Assembly (NCBI GenBank): GCA_029856145.1
Contig: JAHQWK010000011.1
Span: 1-64,000, forward strand
DNA from: Promethearchaeia archaeon
GTDB taxonomy: Archaea; Asgardarchaeota; Lokiarchaeia; Sigyniarchaeales; SOKP01
Length of the DNA: 64,000 nucleotides
Reading direction: 5' to 3'
The translations under genes were made by a program, and so were the position numbers. Below, one piece after another: positions 10,306 to 19,663 of this stretch (position 1 is the stretch's first letter; each line of letters starts with the position of its first letter). A model generated the notes under the pieces. The model saw only the letters and a program-made list of their open reading frames with translations, had not been told where the DNA came from and searched no databases.

Positions 10306-10397
10306 TTCAAATTTATTGAAAAGAATGATGAAAAATTAAAAAGATTAAATTATCTTCCAATACTTGGAAAATTGAGCAGAAATAAAATTTTAGATAC

Positions 10398-11555
10398 TTA
10401 CACTTTACCTCCAGTTAGTATCTTCCCTACCATTTTGAGAGTGCCAAGGAAGCCTCTTTTTTTTATCATCATTTTCGTATACATTCTCCCGGAACTCTTT
10501 GGCGGCGTAACACTCTTTCCTTTTTTATAGAGTCTCATGGCTTTCATTCCACAGGTTGCGACGCAATTCCCACATCCAATACATCTATCCAAATTTACAA
10601 TCGCTTTGTCATTCTCTAGCACGATAGCGTCCATTTGGCATCGTTTCACACATGTTTCACATCCATTGCAGAGTTCTGGATTCGATTGAGCATAAAAGTT
10701 GGAAGAGTAATATTCGGTGGGCTTTGGAAACTTTTTAGCCATTGTTAAAACACCACAGCAACACCCGCAGCAGACACACATAAAAGAGGGATTTTGGCTA
10801 TTTTCAGGTTGTAGAACAAAGCCTTCCTTTTGATATTTTTTTAGAATTTCAAACATTTCTTCTTTAGAAACTTCTTTTCCTAATCCATCTTTAATTCTTC
10901 TAGCCGCTGCATCATTGAACATAACACAGCACCGACGAGTGCTTGAAAGTTCACAGGATTCTTCAAGGACATCCCGCTGCTCTCGGCATACACAGTTTAT
11001 TATTGCGATTTTATCAACCTTATTTCTGATTATATCTCGTATATTATCATAGGTACTGACAGTGTATTCCGGAGAAAGGCTTTTTTCTACAGGAATCGTA
11101 CGCATCTGCCCGGGTTTTGTTTTATTGTGAAATTCTTCATAAAACACACCAAGCGAGTAGTCTTTAGCGAGTTCTGCAAACTCTTTTGTAACCCTCCCTA
11201 ATTGATATTCAAAAATACCAATAGCCCATTGAGCTAGCCTATAGCGCCTCCTATTATGTTTTTTATCATATACCGAGCCTCCTCCCTGGATTGCTCCTTT
11301 TTCACTAAGATTGTTTAATATCTCTTCCAATCTTTCCTTGGATATTGAGATGCCATTTTTTGTAACTCGTTTATGAATCTTATCTAAAGGTTCCGGTAGA
11401 GCACTTAAATGGATGGTAATCGCAGCTTCCTCTGGTGTGAAAAGAAGTTTCAATATCTGAATCTCTAAACCAGATTCATGTACCGGGAAGCTGATGGGCA
11501 TACGTTCATCAATTTCTTTATGAAGCTTCTTATAAATCTCATTCTCACTTTGCAT
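10398..11555 (-). CDS. 4Fe-4S dicluster domain protein
   Basis: CVCR, CVCCGCCCG, and two CxxCxxCxxxC ferredoxin motifs. Confidence 0.9.
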   Translation of the reverse strand: MQSENEIYKKLHKEIDERMPISFPVHESGLEIQILKLLFTPEEAAITIHLSALPEPLDKIHKRVTKNGISISKERLEEILNNLSEKGAIQGGGSVYDKKHNRRRYRLAQWAIGIFEYQLGRVTKEFAELAKDYSLGVFYEEFHNKTKPGQMRTIPVEKSLSPEYTVSTYDNIRDIIRNKVDKIAIINCVCREQRDVLEESCELSSTRRCCVMFNDAAARRIKDGLGKEVSKEEMFEILKKYQKEGFVLQPENSQNPSFMCVCCGCCCGVLTMAKKFPKPTEYYSSNFYAQSNPELCNGCETCVKRCQMDAIVLENDKAIVNLDRCIGCGNCVATCGMKAMRLYKKGKSVTPPKSSGRMYTKMMIKKRGFLGTLKMVGKILTGGKV

Positions 11556-11722
11556 TAAATAATCCCTTTTATATTTTCAAATTCCTAATTAAAAGAATGA
11601 ATACTACAAAATAAAAAAAAATTTTTAATTCCAATTCTATTCTAACCTTAATTTTTTTATGGTAAGATCTGGTTGTTTTAATATCCTTATCAAATTAGAA
11701 TAGAAGGGTTTATAGTTGAGCT

Positions 11723-12241
11723 TTAAAGATTCAAAATAATATCTCCTGAACAATTTTCACGAGAATTTAGTAGGCATGTATCGATTTCAGGCTCAATTCT
11801 ATGTGTAATTCCTAGTGCATCCAACCAGCAACTGACGCGAAATATGACACCACATTCATATTGCTTGTGAACTCCAATCATTTCCATGCCTTTGTAGGCA
11901 AAGCATTGGTTCATTTCCCAATGCATCCGATTATTTTCAGGGAATGTATACTTAAAGTCCATGAAATCTCCTTTTAATATGCTAAAACCATTAGTAAAAA
12001 AAACTTTTAATTGTTCAAACGTTTCTATCTTTACATTTTCCCATCCCATTGCTTTTTGTATACTTTTCATTTCAATTGCTGAAAGTGTTTTAATAGCAGC
12101 TTTATTTAGTTTATTAGCAGCATCAATACCTAATTCACGGGCACAGTTATAAAACCATGAGCCATCGTGAGTCATCCAACATTTAACAAGAAGTTCTTTT
12201 AATTGCTTTTTATCAAGTTGATCAAATAACGTCATTACCAT
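11723..12241 (-). CDS. DUF6125-like uncharacterized protein
   Basis: WMTHDGSWF motif and conserved Cys residues (C-F-A-Y, ECG, C....C). Confidence 0.7.
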   Translation of the reverse strand: MVMTLFDQLDKKQLKELLVKCWMTHDGSWFYNCARELGIDAANKLNKAAIKTLSAIEMKSIQKAMGWENVKIETFEQLKVFFTNGFSILKGDFMDFKYTFPENNRMHWEMNQCFAYKGMEMIGVHKQYECGVIFRVSCWLDALGITHRIEPEIDTCLLNSRENCSGDIILNL

Positions 12242-12545
12242 AATAATTATGAAGTTGATTATATTTAAAAAAGGTTAAGAGATTGGAAGATTTAAAGGTA
12301 TAAATTCTATAAAAACGAAAATTATGCCTAATTAAAGATAATAGTATTATTAAAAATAGAGTTACTTTTTTAATTATTATTTTTTGATTTTAATTTTTTA
12401 AATTTTTAAGTTTATTATAAACTGAAATTATTGGGGATAAATATACCTAAAATATTTAATTAGTATAGTAATGACTTAAAAATATTTAAGTATAAAATTT
12501 ATTCATAAAAAAATTCTGGAAGGAATTTAAAAAAGAGATACTAGT

Positions 12546-13301
12546 ATGAGATTTTTCACACTTTCCGAGGTTAAGAATGAACTTAATCTGAGAAAGAATG
12601 AGGAAAAACCCAATATTAGTATAGTAGGTGAACTCAGTGTTGCTATTCAGTTTTTTAAGGCTTTTACTAATGGTTTTCAAGAAATTAAGTTTATTGAATG
12701 GAAACATAGAGAGGGTATAGATCTTACAATTAAATTCTTAAATAGGTCAGAAACTAAAGTTGAGGTTAAAAGTTCTCTCTTAAAAAAAGATTATCTTCAG
12801 AATATTTTAGTTTACGGTGTACCGATTAAAGAGAAGGATTTTTTTAATAGATTTGATTTATTAGCAATGGTAAATTTTAAAAATGATTTTGAAGTAGATC
12901 AATACTTTTATTTTCCTTTTGAAATTTTCGAAAAGATTAAACCAAATCCCTATTATATCTTACCCCAGACAATTCTCACGAATTTATATAAGGAATATCC
13001 ATTTCATAAAAATGATTTTTATAAGGAAATAATTATCCCGAAATCTGGTCAATATCCCAATTGGTTTGGTGAGAAAGAATTATGTCCTTTTATAAGAGAA
13101 TATCGTCTATCTCTCAAACACTTCTATGAGGAGGAAATTGTTAAAAAAAGAGAAATTATGAGTAATTTAGCATTAGTATATCAAAAAGCTTCCAAACTGA
13201 AGTCTAAAATATTCCAAGAAGTGCAAATTCATAATGATTATCCTGTAAATTATTGTTTGAACTGTTCAGAGAAATGTACTTATATTTTGAATAGTAGATG
13301 A
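12546..13301 (+). CDS. Putative PD-(D/E)XK restriction-endonuclease-like nuclease
   Basis: GE...GIDL...VEVKSS catalytic signature; C-terminal CxxCxxxC. Confidence 0.6.
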   Translation: MRFFTLSEVKNELNLRKNEEKPNISIVGELSVAIQFFKAFTNGFQEIKFIEWKHREGIDLTIKFLNRSETKVEVKSSLLKKDYLQNILVYGVPIKEKDFFNRFDLLAMVNFKNDFEVDQYFYFPFEIFEKIKPNPYYILPQTILTNLYKEYPFHKNDFYKEIIIPKSGQYPNWFGEKELCPFIREYRLSLKHFYEEEIVKKREIMSNLALVYQKASKLKSKIFQEVQIHNDYPVNYCLNCSEKCTYILNSR

Positions 13302-13404
13302 AAATATCTTAGACTAATTTATTATTCTTGCTAAATACCAATTAATTTATTTCTATTAATTATTATATTATCTTAATCATGTTAGAATGGAAGGTGATAA
13401 ATGA

Positions 13405-14667
13405 ATGAAAATGATTACGGGAGTGGATATTTTAGATGAAGAGATAAAGGATAAATTAAGGTCAGAAAATATTTATAAAATTTTCAATAATTTCATTTTT
13501 CCACTTATAACGGAGGAGGAACGGGATTTTTTGGAGGAACTAGAGCAATTTCTACTTAAGGAAATTGAGTCTAAAATGAATTTAAATGAAGAAGTTTATG
13601 AGCTTTTTCCAATCCTCGGGAAGAAAAACTATATTCAGCGATTAAATCCTTATGGAGATTCTGAAAGGTATAGCATGCGTTATGAAATGCTTTTAGCCAT
13701 GGCAACCTCGATTATTGATCCCGAATTAGATTTGGCACGAGTGGTCACAGGGGTAATCTTTGCCAATCCATTGTTTCAATTTGGCAGGGGAGATCGAATT
13801 TCAGAAATTTTAAATGAAATAATAACAGGCAAAAAGATTGGTTGTATTTGTATTACGGAGAGAAAGCATGGTTCTGATGCGGTTAATATGGAAACTAAAG
13901 TCACCGATCAAGGAGATCATTTAATTTTCACTGGAGAGAAATTATATACGACTAATGGTCCAGTGGCAGATTATTTTATAGTATATGGAGTCTCAGATGT
14001 CTCAGATCCACGAGGAACAATGTATCAAGCAATCGCAGAAAGAGGACATGAAGGATTGATAACTAATAGACTTGGTGTTCAATCAGTTCCACGAGTACAA
14101 ATTGGGCAAACTCTTTTCAATTCTGTGAAAATTCCAAGGGAAAATATTCTTGGCGACAAAGGTCAAGGCTATAAGAATTTATTTTCTGGACTTGTAGCTG
14201 AAAGGTGTTCTATCATTGGGTCTAGTTTAGGAATTGCATGGTTAACTGCAGTTACCGGTCTTATTTATACAAACCTAAGGGTTCAATTTGGCCGACCGCT
14301 ATACGATTTTCAAGGAGTTTCGCTTCCTCAAACCCAGAATTTTACTGAACTTATGGCCGCTACAGAACTTGGTTTTAAGTCAGCTTCTGAGTATAACAAG
14401 ACAGTTGAACGTAAACATTTCGATCAGCAAAAATTCATTAAATATAATGCCGCATTTAGTTCAGGTACTAAATATCTTGCTTCACACTTGGCTCATAAAA
14501 TTTCTTATGAAACGCAACAATTATGTGGTGGTATTGCGTTTACAGATAACCTGCGAATTGATAAAGCATTAGAAGTTGCGAAAGTTCAGGAAATAATAGG
14601 AGGGGCTCGAAATATTCAGCTTTATTTGGTTAGCCGCGCTATTAAAGATATGATTTCTCTATTATAA
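13405..14667 (+). CDS. Acyl-CoA dehydrogenase family protein
   Basis: ITERKHGSDA, GEKLYTTNG, RVQFGRPL, QLCGG motifs. Confidence 0.95.
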   Translation: MKMITGVDILDEEIKDKLRSENIYKIFNNFIFPLITEEERDFLEELEQFLLKEIESKMNLNEEVYELFPILGKKNYIQRLNPYGDSERYSMRYEMLLAMATSIIDPELDLARVVTGVIFANPLFQFGRGDRISEILNEIITGKKIGCICITERKHGSDAVNMETKVTDQGDHLIFTGEKLYTTNGPVADYFIVYGVSDVSDPRGTMYQAIAERGHEGLITNRLGVQSVPRVQIGQTLFNSVKIPRENILGDKGQGYKNLFSGLVAERCSIIGSSLGIAWLTAVTGLIYTNLRVQFGRPLYDFQGVSLPQTQNFTELMAATELGFKSASEYNKTVERKHFDQQKFIKYNAAFSSGTKYLASHLAHKISYETQQLCGGIAFTDNLRIDKALEVAKVQEIIGGARNIQLYLVSRAIKDMISLL

Positions 14668-14720
14668 TTGAAATAAAAGGTATAATAAATGATTTCGAAA
14701 TAGCGAGAAAAGTTTTACAA

Positions 14721-14795
14721 TTGGAGCGAATAATAATCTTAATAGACAATAGCAACATTTTCCAGGGTTTTAGGAAATATAATAATTTAAATTAG
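14721..14795 (+). pseudogene. 5' remnant of a NYN-domain gene
   Basis: TTG start then ERIIILIDNSNIFQGFRKYNNLN*, versus IERIMIFIDNSNIFKGFQKYN in the intact gene (from 27574). Confidence 0.85.
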
Positions 14796-14898
14796 ATAAA
14801 TTCAAGATTATTCGGTTTTAATTTGTAAATCCTTTTAAATATGGTAGAATAAAAGAATAATAGTACAAGAGGAAGAAATCGAATGTTAAAAACGTTAT

Positions 14899-15810
14899 AT
14901 GGTGAGGAAAATGATAATTGATACGCATTGTCATGTTTGGGATGAGGAATCCATATCTGAAGAGCTTCGAGGTATTCTTAATGCGACAGCGGAGAAACAT
15001 AAGTTTGATTTGAGTCTAATTTTGAATGCTACTCCAGAAAGATTAATAAAAGAAATGGATGAGGCGGAAATAGACAAGGCAGTAATACTTGCTTTAGATT
15101 ATGAGTATGTTTTCCGAGGACATTTGAGTTACAAGGAATATAATGATAAGGTTGCAGGGTATGTAAAGGATTTTCCCGATAGATTAATTGGCCTTGCTGG
15201 TATTGATCCAAGAAGAGGAAAAGAAGCCATTCAAGAGCTTGAGAGGTGTATAGGAGAACTGGGATTCGCAGGAGTCAAACTATGGCCTTTAATGGGATTT
15301 TATCCTGATGATCCCAAATTTTACCCTTTCTACGAGCGCATAGAAGAGCTTGGAGCCGTAATTTTATGCCATACTGGTTCTGGTCCGCAAAAGACGTATC
15401 TTAAATATTGTAGACCAGCATACGTAGATACGGTTGCTGTAGATTTTCCCAAAATCAAAATTATGATGGCACATATGGGTGATCCATGGACAAACGAGGC
15501 TATAACAGTAGCAGCAAAAAATCCTAATGTGTATATTGATATTTCGGCATGGGAAGCAGTTTTTAAATTTACTCCATTTACTTTTATCGAAACGCTGGTT
15601 CAGGCAAAGATGACATGTGGAATAGACAAAATTTTATTTGGTACAGATTGGCCTTTACTTTCTCCAATATTATCGCTAGAACACTGGGTAAAAGGGATTA
15701 AAAAAATGGAATTACCGGCACCGCTTAAATCAAGGGGGTTACCTGAATTTAATGAAGAGGAAAAAAACAAAATTCTTGGAGGAAATGCAGCAAAAATATT
15801 TGATTTATGA
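14899..15810 (+). CDS. Amidohydrolase family protein (Amidohydro_2)
   Basis: IDTHCH, GVKL, CHTG, AHMG, LFGTDWP motifs. Confidence 0.93.
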   Translation: MVRKMIIDTHCHVWDEESISEELRGILNATAEKHKFDLSLILNATPERLIKEMDEAEIDKAVILALDYEYVFRGHLSYKEYNDKVAGYVKDFPDRLIGLAGIDPRRGKEAIQELERCIGELGFAGVKLWPLMGFYPDDPKFYPFYERIEELGAVILCHTGSGPQKTYLKYCRPAYVDTVAVDFPKIKIMMAHMGDPWTNEAITVAAKNPNVYIDISAWEAVFKFTPFTFIETLVQAKMTCGIDKILFGTDWPLLSPILSLEHWVKGIKKMELPAPLKSRGLPEFNEEEKNKILGGNAAKIFDL

Positions 15811-15926
15811 ATATCATTATAGTAAAGATAATATTGCCTATTATCCGCTATAATTTTATCTTAAATTCTTGTAAATTATTTAGAGGTCCAGCTCGCGGAG
15901 TTGTACCATTTTTCAAAAATCGATGA

Positions 15927-16133
15927 TCACTTCTTTTTTAATACTAGCATACGATTCTTGCATACATTATCATGCCATTGCTTATCTTTACGAAGTTCCT
16001 TAATAATATTCATGCACATAAATTCCTTGTAATCACTGTATTTCTCTGGTAATTCGATCTCCAATAATGGCATTCTTTTTACAACCTTTCTTTTTGGTCT
16101 ATCATTTTCACATACGCTACATTTTACTTCCAT
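15927..16133 (-). CDS. Small putative Zn-ribbon protein
   Basis: CSVC plus two distal Cys; AGGTGG SD-like sequence before the ATG. Confidence 0.7.
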   Translation of the reverse strand: MEVKCSVCENDRPKRKVVKRMPLLEIELPEKYSDYKEFMCMNIIKELRKDKQWHDNVCKNRMLVLKKK

Positions 16134-16153
16134 TTTTCCACCTTTTTTTAAAA

Positions 16154-16218
16154 TATCCTAACGTCCATTCTGTATTAGGACACGCTTTTCTTAACACGAA
16201 TTTCAAATGTTTAAGAAA
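16154..16218 (-). promoter_or_regulatory. Candidate two-hairpin 5' leader of 15927..16133
   Basis: Minus-strand stems UUUCUUAA(A)CAU/GUGUUAAGAAA and UGUCCUAAU/GUUAGGAUA with G-U pairs. Confidence 0.45.
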
Positions 16219-16517
16219 TATTTTACAGTAATTAAAAAAAATGGTAAATACAAACATTTAAACTTTTTAGTTAATTATCAAGATTTTAATTTAAATAATT
16301 ATTTAGAAATCTCTAAAATTTTAAACCCTTTCACTCTTTTCTCTTAAAATACCTCAATTTAACCCAATTACACTAAAAATAACCAAGATATTTTCTAACA
16401 GAATTTTGAAGTGTATTTTTCATAATACCAAGGTTTATTAAATTTAAAAATATATCTTATATGCTTGAACAGAGATATTTCAAAGTTTCAAGCATAAAAT
16501 TAAAATTTGGTGAAAGT

Positions 16518-16658
16518 ATGTCTAATAGAAATTATGGCGATAGAACGATGCACAAAGCCACATGTGCCGATTGTGGAAACGAGTGCGAAGTTCCATTTAA
16601 GCCTACGGAAGGCAGACCTGTTTATTGTCGAGAGTGTTATAAAAAGCATAGAAGATAA
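16518..16658 (+). CDS. CxxC-x17-CxxC zinc-ribbon protein
   Basis: MHKATCADCGNECEVPFKPTEGRPVYCRECY is the canonical family motif; start taken at ATG 16518 after GGTGA. Confidence 0.93.
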   Translation: MSNRNYGDRTMHKATCADCGNECEVPFKPTEGRPVYCRECYKKHRR

Positions 16659-16675
16659 GTAATTCTATTTTTTCT

Positions 16676-16706
16676 AAGTTTTGGTAACAACCAAAAACTT
16701 TTTTTC
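16676..16706 (+). terminator. Hairpin plus T-tract terminator candidate
   Basis: AAGTTTTGGT-aaca-ACCAAAAACTT followed by T runs, just after the CxxC-x17-CxxC gene. Confidence 0.5.
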
Positions 16707-16818
16707 TAACTTATCGAGTAATGATTTATTTTTTTTTCATTTTTTTTTTTCATTTTTTGACTTATATATAAAAGACTTATAACATTAACAAACTCAATAT
16801 ATTTGAGATCATTATTTT

Positions 16819-17046
16819 ATGAGCAACAGGGATAAATCAAACGCAATATCACAAATGATAGAGGGATTGAAAGAGATTAAACAAGAAGAGAAAATAATAG
16901 TGCCTAATTGTGAATTCTGTGGAAAGAGCATTGTGGGTAGTAAGTGGAATAAGGAGTATCATCATATTAATATATGTCAAGAACCAATAAAACGATTTTT
17001 TTGTTCCCGTCAATGTAAATTAAAATGGGTTTTTAAAAATTTTTGA
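16819..17046 (+). CDS. Small treble-clef (TRASH/MYM-like) zinc-finger protein
   Basis: CEFCG...FFCSRQC. Confidence 0.75.
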   Translation: MSNRDKSNAISQMIEGLKEIKQEEKIIVPNCEFCGKSIVGSKWNKEYHHINICQEPIKRFFCSRQCKLKWVFKNF

Positions 17047-17172
17047 TTTTATTTTTTTGATATTGCTTGATATTCAGGGGTATTGTTGGTTATAGTTCCA
17101 ATGTATGAAAAGTATAAAACGCTAAAAACGGAAATCCCAAGTTATTTATGACCTCAATTATTTAAATTATTA

Positions 17173-17880
17173 ATGAAGACAAAAACGGAAAAAGACGACG
17201 ATGAGTCGTGCCAATCCACTAATAATCCCAGCGAGTGGAAGGGAAGAACAATAGAAATTGATGACGCTGGGACTGGAGATCTTGTCGGAGATACCTTCAT
17301 TGGCTTTCGAGACACGGAAACCGGAAAGATAACATTTCAATCAGTTCCCGTAGGGCTCTATAATGAGGACAATAAGGACGATGATCTCCCGAATAAACAT
17401 ATAGTAAAAGTTGTAATCAAAGCTCTTAGAGAGCTTAAACACGGTAAGGGAGATAGGATACTTCTATGTAGGGGTAATTGTTTCGATCTTGTTAGAGAAT
17501 ATTTTAATGAGAATAATATTTACTACGAACCTGCAATTATTGAAGGAAAACTCCAAGATGCCGTGGAAGGTAGATTTATTCAACACCTTAGAAAACTAGG
17601 AGTTAAATCTATGAATCTTACCAAGGAATCTGGTATACAAAGATATTTTATTCTATTCAATTGGGTATGCCGAGATTTTCCAAATCGTGAACGCTTTGTT
17701 AAAACGGGCTTTCCATCTTGGAAAAAGAAATGGCAAAAGATTGCAATGAAGAGATACCAAAATTCTAAGGAAACTAAAACTCGTAAAAGAGAAGAAATCA
17801 AGCGAAGAGCAAATATGATATATAATCTTATGCTTGAGAAACCTATCTCTGTAAGTAAAACTATCTCTAAGAGTCAATAA
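17173..17880 (+). CDS. Uncharacterized RNase H-like fold protein
   Basis: IEIDDAGTGDLVG resembles the RNase HII N-terminal GxDEAGRG motif. Confidence 0.6.
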   Translation: MKTKTEKDDDESCQSTNNPSEWKGRTIEIDDAGTGDLVGDTFIGFRDTETGKITFQSVPVGLYNEDNKDDDLPNKHIVKVVIKALRELKHGKGDRILLCRGNCFDLVREYFNENNIYYEPAIIEGKLQDAVEGRFIQHLRKLGVKSMNLTKESGIQRYFILFNWVCRDFPNRERFVKTGFPSWKKKWQKIAMKRYQNSKETKTRKREEIKRRANMIYNLMLEKPISVSKTISKSQ

Positions 17881-18095
17881 ATTATACAAACTTTATTGTT
17901 TTTTTTTTAATATTGTAAATAGAAATAAAGAATGATAACATTAGCTTTACTAATTAATTTAGCTATAGTTGCTTGGCTTAAATTAAGAAATTTTAGTCAA
18001 ACATCATTGAATGTGAAATATATATAGTTAGATTTTTTTGTCAATATATGGGAGAGCAAAAATATCAAATGTAAATGTTCCTTTATAGTGAAAAG

Positions 18096-18617
18096 ATGTC
18101 AAGCTATAAATTAAAAGTATTACTAACAGGCGCTGCAACAGTAGATAAGACCAGTTTAATTCAGAGATTCATTAAAAATAGGTTTCAAGCAAATTACAAG
18201 CTAACTGTAGGGGTTGACATTCTCACGAAAGATGTTGAATTTAGACAAGGAGAAACTGCTACTTTAAGTATTTGGGATATAGGAGACCAACAACGTTTTA
18301 AGTTTATTCGCAGTACATTTTATAAAGGATCGGCTGGAGCTTTATTAGTTTTTGATTTAACACGAGAACAGACATACACTGAAATAAGAAAATGGTTTAC
18401 AGAAATAAAAAAATTTACAGGTTCTATTCCTTTTGTTTTAATCGGAAATAATATTCATTTACATAAATTGATAGATAAAGCAATTATCCAAAAAGAGGCT
18501 CGTGAATTTGCATGAAATGAGGGAGGGACATATATTGAAACATCTCCAACCAGTATTGATGTTATTGAAGGGGAGGTTCGTAAGTTTACTCGTAGAATTA
18601 TAGAATCAAGAACATAA
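18096..18617 (+). pseudogene. Degenerate Rab-like GTPase with in-frame TGA at 18513-18515
   Basis: G1 GAATVDKT, G3 WDIGD, G4 GNNIH; frame continues past TGA as NEGGTYIETSPTSIDVIEGEVRKFTRRIIESRT*. Confidence 0.8.
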
Positions 18618-18706
18618 GACTTATTGAAGTTGATAGAAAAAATATTATTTTAGTTATAGATAATACCTGGATGGTTCAAGTATGATAATGATGTAATTAT
18701 TATAAC

Positions 18707-19369
18707 CTATACCCATACAGTAGTATCTTGAGGCATAAGCGAATTATGGGTTATAAACAAGGTAAAACAGAAAATAATGCGTCTATCTGTCTCTTTATCA
18801 AGGAATTTCAAAGTTATCATATCTTGCTTTTTACTGGAGGATTGAATTTCGGCAACGGTTTTCCCTGTTGATATCTCTATTATTGGGGCTGAACCTCCCT
18901 TATTCTTTGTCCAAATGCTTGTATCTTTATATTTAGCTTTATATAACTTATTCTCTTCTGGATCTTTTAGAGAAAATTTTGGGTGTGCAATTGATGCTCC
19001 TTGTTGTAACTTCCCAATTATAATTCCTTCAGGATCTTTTATCCAATTAAGATAACTCGCACAAACTGTTCCATCTACTCTTTGAATTTCGGTATGTGAA
19101 TGATTAAACTTTCCTTTTTTATATTCTTTTTTAATTTTTATTATTTTGCCAATTACTTGTCTCTTTTCATTCCAGAATTCAGTACTTTCCAGTTCCCAAA
19201 AGTCTCTTTTTATTATGTAAAAATTACGGTTGATATTAAATAATCCACTATCCTTATTATTTATCGTACCTTCATTAGCTTCGATACTTGAATGTAATTT
19301 GCTTCCACATGCCACACAAAAATTTTGATTTAGTGTTTTTATCTCTTCTCCACAATTAGTGCAATGCAA
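18707..19369 (-). CDS. Zinc-ribbon protein with LURP-one/scramblase-like beta domain
   Basis: N-terminal CTNCG...FCVACG; beta-rich body with G..VAEI pattern and C-terminal D.R hydrophobic helix. Confidence 0.6.
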   Translation of the reverse strand: MHCTNCGEEIKTLNQNFCVACGSKLHSSIEANEGTINNKDSGLFNINRNFYIIKRDFWELESTEFWNEKRQVIGKIIKIKKEYKKGKFNHSHTEIQRVDGTVCASYLNWIKDPEGIIIGKLQQGASIAHPKFSLKDPEENKLYKAKYKDTSIWTKNKGGSAPIIEISTGKTVAEIQSSSKKQDMITLKFLDKETDRRIIFCFTLFITHNSLMPQDTTVWV

Positions 19370-19663
19370 TTAAAATACCTTAATTTTTAGTAAAAATAGA
19401 TTTCAATTCTAAATTACATTATGAAACATTAATTTATGAAGTTAAAGATTAAAAAGAATCGAAAGATAGGTGATTATTTCTTAAAATAATAGGAGAATTT
19501 CCAGACCGATTTTAGGATTAATGGAAAATTTTGTAAGAAAAAAGAATAAGTAGAAACTTTTGGAAAAAATCGTCAAAGAGTTTATATTTTTAATAAACAT
19601 AATTGAGAAATTAAGATTCAATGATTTAAAAATGTAAAAATTTGAAGAATAAAAAAGAGAGAT

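Noticed and set aside
11635-11705. 11 bp inverted repeat TTCTATTCTAA/TTAGAATAGAA as a possible MITE
   Set aside because: AT-rich, single copy in the window, no target-site duplication; at most a terminator-type fold
18513-18700. Selenocysteine recoding of the GTPase TGA
   Set aside because: The position is not a Cys-equivalent site in small GTPases, and I found no convincing AUGA/GA SECIS-type stem downstream
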